Source: a virus. From it: DNA of 38,658 nt. Shown here one piece after another: positions 7,889 to 16,200 of the stretch (within the stretch, counting starts at the first letter, position 1; every line of letters starts with the position of its first letter). Made by a program: the position numbers and the translations under genes. The notes below the pieces were generated by a model that did not search any database, was not told where the DNA came from, and worked only from the letters and a program-made list of their open reading frames with translations. The stretch lies in the IMG/VR virus record IMGVR_UViG_3300005076_000009, one strand, 5' to 3'.

Positions 7889-7917
7889 TTGACAGCAAGC
7901 AAACTATCAACTAACAT
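7889..7917 (+). promoter_or_regulatory. Sigma70-type promoter TTGACA-17-TAACAT
   Basis: -35 at 7889-7894 and -10 at 7912-7917. The spacer and -10 carry the 17-bp box that is also found at 31500-31516. Confidence 0.55.
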
Positions 7918-7923
7918 TGCTTT

Positions 7924-8450
7924 AACGCTGTCGGGTAAGCCGGACTTTTACAGGCTTAGTCTGTGAGGACTCGCCTCACCGAGCTGGGTAGGGCCAGCAC
8001 CAACACAAAGCCGGATATAACGCATAGGCACGAAAGTGTGCCCGTCAACCCCGTTCCAGTAGGGTGATGCGGTTAGGCTGGAACGGCTTTGTTGACAGCT
8101 CGGAAAGACGAGCACCCACACCCAGCAGCATTGCGGGCGTCAGTCATAAGGCCGTCCGGTGGGCAGTGTTGCTGGTTGTTGGTGACGCGCAGTGGCGATG
8201 CGCAAGTGAAAAGCTAAACGCAGGGCCATGAGAAAAACCGAGGCCACACCGATTTATCGGGATCGACACCCTGCAAGCCGGCAACTGCCAGCCGGCCACC
8301 AACAACAACCAATCGCCCACCATCCACGCATTGCAGCGCGTGCGCCACAGGGCTAAGTGTGGCGAACTCCTTCCCCGTCGGCACGGGGCAAGCCTGCGAA
8401 GCCGATACGGTGCTTGCTCTTAACATCCCCGCCACGTGCGGGGATTTTTT
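7924..8450 (+). ncRNA. Candidate structured noncoding RNA (about 530 nt, family unknown)
   Basis: The region is bounded by a promoter and a strong terminator, and no SD-led ORF is present. Hairpins include 8051-8059/8078-8086 (9 bp), 8343-8349/8358-8364 (7 bp), 8373-8378/8383-8388, 8388-8393/8412-8417 and 8027-8031/8038-8042. A 10-bp long-range pairing links 8175-8184 with 8297-8306. The 5' end is estimated only. Confidence 0.45.
8425..8450 (+). terminator. Rho-independent terminator ATCCCCGC-CACGT-GCGGGGAT-TTTTT
   Basis: An 8-bp perfect stem followed by a T-run, which is T-rich only on the + strand. Confidence 0.8.
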
Positions 8451-8461
8451 AGGTGGATAAC

Positions 8462-8734
8462 ATGCAATACATACACTTCACGGCGCTGATTTTCGGTTAC
8501 GCTGCTATGGCGCTAGCCGCATATTTCTTTGTCCTGCGCTGGCCGCTTCGCTTCTTGTCGCTAGTGCTGTTTCACATGGTTGCATATGCGCGTGCTGGAT
8601 ATTGGCGCATCCTGCACACGCTACCTGCTATGGTGTGGCGTAATGATGCGCGGCACCTGCGGGAATTGGTAGAGTGCAGCACGCTCAATATGACGTGGTG
8701 CGGCACGTTCAGGTGGAAGTTTCACCGCAAATAA
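8462..8734 (+). CDS. Small membrane protein (90 aa)
   Basis: AGGTGG lies 5 nt before ATG 8462. The protein has two hydrophobic helices and a basic C-terminus. Confidence 0.55.
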   Translation: MQYIHFTALIFGYAAMALAAYFFVLRWPLRFLSLVLFHMVAYARAGYWRILHTLPAMVWRNDARHLRELVECSTLNMTWCGTFRWKFHRK

Positions 8735-8761
8735 AAGGCCGGCGATTGCCGGCTTTTTTTT
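8733..8761. terminator. Bidirectional terminator AAAAGGCCGGC-GATT-GCCGGCTTTTTTTT
   Basis: A GC stem flanked by an A-run and a T-run, located between convergent genes. Confidence 0.8.
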
Positions 8762-8951
8762 ACTCTGCTGGATCTGGTTCCTGCTTCTCGCCTTCACGCA
8801 TCGCCATAGCCACGCCGCCAGCAATGGCAGCAAGGCCAATTAACCACGGTTTAGCGCCAGGAATCGGCAGCTGCGCCGCTCCAGCCAGGATGGATGCAGC
8901 ACCCGCCCAAGTGGACGGCTCTTTTACGCGGGACTTCTTCTTACGCTTCAT
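8760..8951 (-). CDS. Small membrane protein, putative holin-type lysis protein (63 aa)
   Basis: Basic N-terminus, Gly/Ala-rich TM region and acidic C-terminus. It overlaps the end of the endolysin gene. Confidence 0.45.
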   Translation of the reverse strand: MKRKKKSRVKEPSTWAGAASILAGAAQLPIPGAKPWLIGLAAIAGGVAMAMREGEKQEPDPAE

Positions 8952-9423
8952 TCTTGGATACCTCAGCAGATGCCAAAAGCGGCAGATTGGTTGCAGGACG
9001 CGGCAAACCAGCAGGCCAGCGATAGGACGTTACGCGGCTGCGCGGGAAGGTCTTGACGTTCACTGCATCGCCTTGATTGCCGCCCAGCACTAGCAGGTTG
9101 CCAGCCTTGTCCTTACCGACGACAAAGCCAACATGACCGCCGCCGTCGCGGGCAAAGACGACGACACAGCCGACTGCTGGTGCGTCCAGCTTGACGCCCC
9201 ACTTCTCGTAAGACTTTGCAGACTCAAAGCGGGTAGAGATTACGCCGACGGTTTCAAGCATCGCTCCGACGAAAGCTGCGCACCACGGAGTTTCATCGTC
9301 CTTGATGCCGCCTCGCTTGATGGCCTTCCAGAATTGAACAATGGTGCCGTTGTGAGCGGAACCCTTAATTTCCTTCAGGCCAATATGCTTGCGGGCCTCA
9401 ATCAGCCATGCCGGTTCAGTCAT
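8941..9423 (-). CDS. Endolysin, NlpC/P60-CHAP-like peptidase (TIGR02594-type)
   Basis: PWCAAFV catalytic-Cys context and GGHVGFVVG His motif in a 160-aa protein. Confidence 0.75.
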   Translation of the reverse strand: MTEPAWLIEARKHIGLKEIKGSAHNGTIVQFWKAIKRGGIKDDETPWCAAFVGAMLETVGVISTRFESAKSYEKWGVKLDAPAVGCVVVFARDGGGHVGFVVGKDKAGNLLVLGGNQGDAVNVKTFPRSRVTSYRWPAGLPRPATNLPLLASAEVSKNEA

Positions 9424-9853
9424 TGCCTTCCAGCCTCTCTAGAATCTGTTTGTTAGTCACAGCCATGCTTTGCACCATCGATTTTAGCTCGCGGTTTTCG
9501 GCCTGCAGTGCCTCGACTTGAGCGGATAGATGCTCGACCGTGGCCTTGAGTGCGCCAAGCTGCTGGACGGCCTCATTGCGCTCGTTGCTGACGCGCTCAA
9601 TAGCGACTAGCCGCTGTTCGGCCAGTGCGGCATGCTCTTGCGCCTCTCGCTTGTAATACTCGATCAGCGCCTTGCTGTCCATGTGGTTACTCTCGACCAC
9701 CCTGTCCTGCTGCTGGTCGGTCTTTGTGCGTCGCCAAAAGTCGTAAAGCTTCATGCCGACACCGCCGAGCAAGACAAGCGTGCCGACCAAGGCTGTTTGA
9801 AGTTCGTCCTTAGTCACTGGTCGATATTCCGAAAGGTTATAATTACCCAGCAT
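9416..9853 (-). CDS. N-terminal TM + long coiled-coil protein (i-spanin-like or holin-like)
   Basis: TAATG coupling at 9853 with GGGGG upstream (alternative ATG at 9865). One TM segment (ALVGTLVLLGGVG) is followed by heptad-rich sequence. Confidence 0.5.
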   Translation of the reverse strand: MLGNYNLSEYRPVTKDELQTALVGTLVLLGGVGMKLYDFWRRTKTDQQQDRVVESNHMDSKALIEYYKREAQEHAALAEQRLVAIERVSNERNEAVQQLGALKATVEHLSAQVEALQAENRELKSMVQSMAVTNKQILERLEGND

Positions 9854-10251
9854 TATAGCCCCCATCGTTGCGGCCCGAAAGCATAGACTGCGGCGCGGTA
9901 TATCCTCGCACGCCACGGCGGGAAACCGCCTTCTATCAGCATGGCGTAGAAGAGGTCGGACACCTGCGCTTTAGTCATCCCGACACGCGGCGCGAACTGG
10001 CATAGCACGTCATGCACCAGTGACGCTTCGTAAGTCTGCGGCCTGCCGTCTGGCCTCAAAGGCCCGTCCGGCGTGCCGATCCATAGCCCGCCAAAGCACC
10101 ATGCTGGGCTGCACCCGTCCCACGCGTAGCCTGGCCCGATTGTGATAGTCCCGTCCATGATAGTCGCCCACTCGCACGAAAAAGCCACGCCCTGTAAAAG
10201 GGCATGGCTGTATGCGAATGGCGCTTCAAGTTTGTAGCGCCAATTGCTCAT
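9853..10251 (-). CDS. DUF1353-like phage protein
   Basis: The WDGCSP...ASLVHDVLC pattern resembles the DUF1353 motif DGAS.P...HD.LY. Confidence 0.5.
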   Translation of the reverse strand: MSNWRYKLEAPFAYSHALLQGVAFSCEWATIMDGTITIGPGYAWDGCSPAWCFGGLWIGTPDGPLRPDGRPQTYEASLVHDVLCQFAPRVGMTKAQVSDLFYAMLIEGGFPPWRARIYRAAVYAFGPQRWGL

Positions 10252-10254
10252 GTT

Positions 10255-10407
10255 TTATACCGGCCTGATGTATTCGCACACAGGGCAGTGCCAGACGCGC
10301 ACGCCGTGTTCGATGGTGATGATTTCCATCACCTCATCGTCAAAAGGGCAGTACTCCTCGAAAACCTTCGCGGCTTGCTGCTCTGGCTGCTGGTTGATTT
10401 CATCCAT
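10255..10407 (-). CDS. Small hypothetical protein with CP..CPVC (50 aa)
   Basis: The ATG sits 4 nt after the upstream stop. The ORF fills the gap between neighbours and is below the track cutoff. Confidence 0.4.
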   Translation of the reverse strand: MDEINQQPEQQAAKVFEEYCPFDDEVMEIITIEHGVRVWHCPVCEYIRPV

Positions 10408-10410
10408 GTT

Positions 10411-10806
10411 TTACACTCCTGCGTATTTGGCGCGGACTGCCGCCGAGTCGGTAATGTACTGCGCCTTGCGAGTCTGCCACTGTGCGCGGATAGCGGCAAT
10501 CTTTGTCGCCTCAGTAGGCCCATCGGCAAGCGTGATGGTGGCCATGCGGCGCTGAAAGCCTAGCGTGTCATCCTCATACACTAGCGCCAGCTCTGCTAGC
10601 TCTTCCGTCATCATCTCGGCAGGTGTTTTACCTGGAGCCGTTCCCGTGATGCGCCACCGCCCATCGAACACTGCCCACTCACCATCGCCAACTGTCGGCG
10701 GCTCGCTGCGAGTCCAGCCCTGAGGAGCAGGGGCGGAAGCCTCTACTTCATCAACTGCGCCGGTGAAGTACCCTTGCGCATCGATCTGGTAAATTTTGAT
10801 CTTCAT
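10411..10806 (-). CDS. Tail fibre assembly/chaperone protein
   Basis: It lies directly downstream of the fibre gene. The N-terminus MKIKIYQIDAQGYFTG and the C-terminal helical segment are typical of Tfa-like proteins. Confidence 0.55.
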   Translation of the reverse strand: MKIKIYQIDAQGYFTGAVDEVEASAPAPQGWTRSEPPTVGDGEWAVFDGRWRITGTAPGKTPAEMMTEELAELALVYEDDTLGFQRRMATITLADGPTEATKIAAIRAQWQTRKAQYITDSAAVRAKYAGV

Positions 10807-10807
10807 A

Positions 10808-12358
10808 TTATGTCGCCTTGATATATGCGTTCACGTTCACGTCAGAAACGCCGATTGCCGGTGTGGCAAACTCAATAGTCGGGTCGTAGTTGTAGCCGTC
10901 TCGGTAGATCGTGACAAAAGGCGTGGTCGTGTGAGCCACAGCCATGAAGTTATCAAGATACGCAGATGGCCCGCTGTAGAAAGACACGCCCGCACCGTTG
11001 CCAGTCGGCAAAGTGTTTGGATTTGGCATTTTCGTCATCGTGTCGCCTTTGCGCTTGTACACAGATACAAAAGGCGTTGTGCTATGCGCTAAGGCTACAA
11101 ACAATCCATCAGGACTAAAAGATATGCCAACCCCAACACCAGACGGTGAAAGTATTGGATCTTGCAGCTTTGTGAATGTGTCTCCACTTCGCTTATACGT
11201 CGAAAGGAAAGAGTCTCCGCCCAAAGCCAAAGAAAGATAATTACCATCAGGACTAAATGACAATCCAGTAACTGCGGATAACGGCAAAACAGATGGGTTG
11301 GTCAGCTTTGTAAACGTGTCACCACTGCGTTTATAAATCGTGACAAAAGGCGTGGCGTCATGACCAACTGCCAGATATGTAAAATCAGGACTAAATGCCA
11401 CTCCGTAGGCTGTCGTACCTGTCGGTAAAGTTGCTGGGTTGGTCAGCTTTGTAAACGTGTCACCGCTGCGCTTGTAAATGGTGATGAATGGCGTTGTGGA
11501 ATGGGCAACGGCAAGGTACGTGCCATCGCTGCTGAAAGCAGTCGCACGAGCCGCACCAGCTGGCAAGGTTGCTGGATCTGACAGCTTGGTAAAAGTATCA
11601 CCGCTGCGTTTATAAATAGTGACAAAAGGGCTTGTGTCATGCGCTACAGCGAGATACGTACCATCCGCGCTGAATGCCACGCCCCTGCCAGTACCAGTAG
11701 GCAGCGTCGCTGGGTCGGATAACTTGGTGAATGTTTCGCCGCTCCGTTTGTAAATGGTGATGAACGGGCTTGTGTTGTGCGCTACAGCAAGGTATGTGCC
11801 ATCAGTGCTGAAAGCAGATGACGTTGCATTGCCAGTTGGCAAAGTTGCCGGATTGGCAAGCTTGGTGTTCGGCGGCGCCGGATCGTCAAGCAATGCCGCC
11901 AGCGTCGGATATGCCGACTTCAAGTAAACGCTGGCATCCGCCGGTAAATACTCAGGCGACGGCGCGGCGCGTGCCGTCATTAGCACATCGCCAATTGCGG
12001 GGCCGGTAGAGGCCGCCCACTCTACGCCGGTTTCGTCGCTTTTTACGCGCAGTGCTTTCAGCGCATTGCCGACGATGGCCGGAAGCCCAGCCGCAGCTTG
12101 CGCGGCTGCTGCAGCGGCTTCTGCGCTGTTCTTGTAGCTTAGTGCGCTGGCAGCGCTTGCACTGGCTGCACTGGCCTGTGTGGTGGCAGTGCTGGCCGAT
12201 GTGGCAGCGCTGGTTTGCTTGCTTGTTACGTCAGCTTGCAGTGCGTTTGCGTCAGTCACGAAGCCAGGCAGCGCAGCCACGAAAGTGTCAGCAGTGGCGG
12301 CAAAGGTCGCCGGATCTTGCGTTCGCTGCGGTGCTGGCGGTAGTGGATTCATTGCCAT
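10808..12358 (-). CDS. Tail fibre / receptor-binding protein with Ala/Ser-rich N-terminus, collar-like segment and 7-blade PD40/WD40-like beta-propeller
   Basis: Seven units of about 46 aa follow the pattern P.TLPTG....AFS.DGTYLAVAH.T.PF.TIYKRSGDTFTKL. The collar-like segment reads GDVLMTARAAPSPEYLPADASVYLKSAYPTLAALL. Confidence 0.65.
   Translation of the reverse strand: MAMNPLPPAPQRTQDPATFAATADTFVAALPGFVTDANALQADVTSKQTSAATSASTATTQASAASASAASALSYKNSAEAAAAAAQAAAGLPAIVGNALKALRVKSDETGVEWAASTGPAIGDVLMTARAAPSPEYLPADASVYLKSAYPTLAALLDDPAPPNTKLANPATLPTGNATSSAFSTDGTYLAVAHNTSPFITIYKRSGETFTKLSDPATLPTGTGRGVAFSADGTYLAVAHDTSPFVTIYKRSGDTFTKLSDPATLPAGAARATAFSSDGTYLAVAHSTTPFITIYKRSGDTFTKLTNPATLPTGTTAYGVAFSPDFTYLAVGHDATPFVTIYKRSGDTFTKLTNPSVLPLSAVTGLSFSPDGNYLSLALGGDSFLSTYKRSGDTFTKLQDPILSPSGVGVGISFSPDGLFVALAHSTTPFVSVYKRKGDTMTKMPNPNTLPTGNGAGVSFYSGPSAYLDNFMAVAHTTTPFVTIYRDGYNYDPTIEFATPAIGVSDVNVNAYIKAT
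10885..11854 (-). repeat. Seven tandem repeats of about 138 bp encoding propeller blades
   Basis: The periodicity is visible at both the DNA and protein level (for example the recurring ggtcagctttgtaaacgtgtcacc). Confidence 0.7.
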
Positions 12359-13251
12359 TATGTAAGTCCCTCGATTTCGATTTTAAGCTCAGCCATCGGG
12401 TAGTTGATTGTTATGTCAAAATCCCGATAGAACCCATATATTACCGTGCTGTCAAAAACCTCAGCGCCGATAAACACGACTGGCGTTGTGCGCAATTCGG
12501 TCAGCAATCTGTGAACCTGATCTACTCGATTGCGCTCAACTGCAACAGTGAAGCTAGCACTCTTGCTAAAAGCCCTCGGCACAATGATGTAATTGCCGAA
12601 CGTATCTGTCTCTTTGCGCGAGTAGTCTTTTATGCCGACGCCTGCGCCGGATTGCGTCGTGCCGACTTCCTGCGACTGCCCGATGGCTAGCACGCCAATG
12701 GCGACATTCCCAGAAGCTTTGGATAGTGTAATTTCTATCGTCGCAAAGGCATCAGTCGGCAAAGCCGTAAATACAATGTCTTTTCGGTAGCTTATCGGCT
12801 CGAAAAAGTAATAATACCAGTCTGTAATGGCCGACGAATCAAGCAGTGAAATCGTTTGATCGTATATCACGCCCGTCGTCGGGTTGGTATATTTGATGCG
12901 AAGTGTTTCAGCATCGATATTAAGCAGCGCAATGGCATTCGCGACGTCCGCCATTGTGAGCGACACCACGATGCTGCCAGCGTTTACCGTCTGACTTCCG
13001 ACGACGTAATCAAACATTGCCCACCGATTTGTGGCGCCGACCTCAAACCAATTGACGGTATCGCTTTCTGGTGGCGTTGTAGTTGTACCCGCCACTTTGC
13101 GCTCAAAGATTTTATGCACGCCGGTTGTGCGAATAACGCGCTGGCCTACAGTGTAGGCCGTCGCGGCATTCCACACCGGCGCGTCGGCTTCTGGCACATT
13201 GCTGCTTGTCAGCTTTGCATCAGTCACCGACTGCGGCCGGATAAGTTTCAT
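12358..13251 (-). CDS. Tail tip / distal tail protein (297 aa)
   Basis: The call rests on position only: it lies between the tape measure and fibre genes, with TAATG coupling. Confidence 0.4.
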   Translation of the reverse strand: MKLIRPQSVTDAKLTSSNVPEADAPVWNAATAYTVGQRVIRTTGVHKIFERKVAGTTTTPPESDTVNWFEVGATNRWAMFDYVVGSQTVNAGSIVVSLTMADVANAIALLNIDAETLRIKYTNPTTGVIYDQTISLLDSSAITDWYYYFFEPISYRKDIVFTALPTDAFATIEITLSKASGNVAIGVLAIGQSQEVGTTQSGAGVGIKDYSRKETDTFGNYIIVPRAFSKSASFTVAVERNRVDQVHRLLTELRTTPVVFIGAEVFDSTVIYGFYRDFDITINYPMAELKIEIEGLT

Positions 13252-13257
13252 AGTGTG

Positions 13258-16200
13258 TTAGTACCCCCTTGCGTCCGGCAGGCCGTCGCCGTCCCACCGT
13301 TCCTGCAGTCGCGCAGTGCGTCGAGTAGCATCAGCGATGGCCTGCATTGCCGCTGCCATTTCTCTGCGCATCTCTGCAATATCTACCGCCATTTTATCAG
13401 ACGAATCAGCTTGTTGCGCTGTCAGTACGCGCTCGCCCGCGTGAAGCTCGGCGCGGTAGCCATCGAACGGGACTTCAGCCAATCCGTTCCGGTGGCTGCC
13501 GTTAATCTTGAGCGCTTCCGGAGAATTGGCAATCTCCGCTGCAATCTGATCAATGCTCTTGCCTGCTTTCATCTGGTCAAGATAGAAGCTCAAACCAGCT
13601 GCGTCCGGTTCGCGCCCAAGAATGGACTTGTACTTGGCACGAATCTGCGCCTCCGGCGATGCGGCAATCTCTTTGCGGATCTGGTCAAGACTGGTGCCTG
13701 CCGCGTAACGATCCGTCCAGTATTTCAGGCCTGCTGCGTCAGCTTCACGCCCCTGGATATCACGATACATCGCCTTGATGGCTTCCGATGCTTGCGTCTG
13801 CATCGGATTAGCCGCAGCAGTGAGCGCATTTTGCAAATTCTTGATCGCATCAGCGACGGAAAGCACGGCCTGCTTAGTGCCAAGTGCAGCCTCTACTGCA
13901 GATTTTTGCTCCTCAAAAATCTTGTCCAGCGCCGATAGTTGCGACGATAGCGTAACCTGCTGCTGCTCGATCTTGCTTTCAAGTCCGCCAACGTCAATGT
14001 CAAGCTGGCCGGACGTCTTGTCGATCAGCTCTTCCAGCGCAGCAATCTGCGCTTCAGCCGCCAAGTCGGCACGATCTGCCGCCTCTTCGATTGCGAGAAT
14101 CTGCTTGTCGTACGAAGCTTGCGCAGCCTCGGCCAGCTTTTCATATCGTGCGACATCCGCCTCTAGTGCAGCGTCAATGGACTCAGGAATCGCTTGGATT
14201 GCCGCAAGCTGCTGCTCTGCAACTGTTTTTTGCGCGTTTACCGAGTCCAGCTGCCCGCTGACGATCTTTTGCAGTCGCGCCATGTCATTCGTGGCGGATG
14301 CTTTCGCACGCTCTAGCGCTTGGCGCGTGCTGTAATTCCCTTCATCGATCGCGTTTACTGCATTGATTGCCGCTTTCAGCTGGTCTTTATCGTACACGCC
14401 ACCAGATGCCACGGCGTCAGCCAGCACTTTTGCGGCGCGGTCGAATGTCATCTCCGCATCGGTAGATAGACCTTCAGACAGCATGTCCACGACGGATTGA
14501 AGCTCGCTTGCACGATCTTCCATCGCTTTGACTACATCTTGCTGCGCCTTCTCTTGCACCTCTGCCGACTTCTTAGCGGCAGCAGCAGCAGCTTTCAGCG
14601 CGGATATTTGCGCGTCGTAGCCTTTTTTCGTCTCGGACGCCTGTTTGTTAAGCGATGCGATTTGCGTTTTTGCGCTAGTCGCTTGCGCTTGGGCAGCAGA
14701 CTTGATCGCGGAAATCTTGGCGCGGGCTTCGGAAATGGTGGCTGCTGCGGCTGCTTTTGCCGCTGCAATTTGCGCCTGATACCCGCTGATAATGCCCGCA
14801 GACGCCTGAGTAAGCTTGTCTTTCTCTGCATTGATTGAGTTTTGAAGGTCGCCAAGTGCAGAGTTCAGCATGTTGGCTGCTGCTGCCTTCGCTGCCTCTG
14901 CCACGGTAGCGAAAGCGCCGGACATGCCAATTAGTGCGGCGTATGTCTTGCGGCCAGACTCGGTTGTCAGATCCTGGGCCTCAACCAGTGCGCGGAACCC
15001 TTCTTTAGTCTCCGGCAGAGACAGCCCCAGCGCCGACATTTGTGCGGACAACTGTTCGGTAGCGCGTCCAGTTTTCTCTGCTTCACTATAGAAAGCGTCA
15101 TAGTACGTGCTTACGCCAGACGCCAGCGCTTCGGCACCGCCAGCAAGCTGGATCAAGCTTTCTCTCGCTTGCAGCGACAGGCCGGACAGCTGCGGCATGG
15201 CCTTGCCCAGCGTGTCGAAAGCATCGGCTACTGCCTTGATCTCTTCCAGCCGTGCCATGACTTTATCGGCAGCGCCTTCAATGGCTGGATCGAAGCCATC
15301 AAAGGCAGTTTGCAGGTCGGCGGAAAGGTTCGCGGCCTTCAGTGCCAGCACGGTGGCCGTCTTGAACTCAGACGCCATCTGGTCGGACACTTCGCCGCTG
15401 AATTTCTGGACCTGAACATTGCGCAGGATCTGGCCGTTCACTTCTAGGACGCTGCTGAAGAAGTTGCCAGCAGTGCCTTTTGGGTCGGTTTCGTAGCCGT
15501 AGGCAAAGCCGAGATTATTCAACGTGCCGCCAAACTTTTTAGCAACATCAGTCAGGCCAGTACTGAAGGTTTGCAGCGCTGCCTGAACCTGTGCGTCGGT
15601 CTGGCCTTCGGGGAACAGGCCGGCATTAGCACGGCCAATCGCGCCCTCGCCGCCGAATTTTTGACCGCCGCCGCCTTTCCATGCGCCGCCGAGTACGCCG
15701 CCAAGCACTGAACCAGCGAGGCCGCCGACAGCAGCGCCAAGCGGCCCGCCAATCAGCGCACCACCGGCAGCACCAAGGCCACCAAGAGAACTGCCGGTTT
15801 TGCCCGCTCCGATGAGATTGCCGAACAAACCACCAGCCAAGCCGTAGCCAGCCAATGCCAGGTTAGAAACGTTGCCTGCATTGGCGAAGATGCCGAACTC
15901 GCCGCCCAGCGCTCCGCCTGCCAAGCCAGCGCCGATGCTATTGCCGCCAGTGGCAGCGCCAAGCAAGCCCAGCAGGCTGCCAGCATCAGCACCGCCGCCA
16001 CTCGCCATCGCCCCGCCAGACACACCACCAAAGCCCAGCGCCCCAGTGATGCGTGCCGCCAAGCCTTTGGCTACTGCATCGTAAAGCGCATTCTTGACGC
16101 TATTGCCCAGCGACTGCGCGAAGCCTTTGATCGGGTTCGATGCATTTAGACCGGCCTTGATAGCGTCGGCAATGGTGCCTTGCACTGCACCGCCAAGCGC

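Noticed and set aside
8092-8120. Second TGTTGACAGC copy inside the ncRNA (8090-8099) as an internal promoter
   Set aside because: The -35-like TTGACA is followed at 17 nt by CCCACA, so there is no acceptable -10.
8067-8435. Two ORFs inside the candidate ncRNA: a 54-codon + ORF (8067..8231) and a 73-aa - ORF (8214..8435)
   Set aside because: Neither has a usable ribosome-binding site. Their codon choice is poor (tta, aga, cga, cta). The minus ORF would run into the + strand terminator stem. They are kept as the main alternative explanation in the would_refute field of the ncRNA finding.
7924-8450. Type III toxin-antitoxin (ToxI-like) RNA, tRNA, or self-cleaving ribozyme in the noncoding block
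   Set aside because: No tandem repeats of about 36 nt, no cloverleaf with a T-loop consensus, and no CUGAUGA...GAAA hammerhead core were found by eye. Only the overall layout resembles a type III toxin-antitoxin locus.
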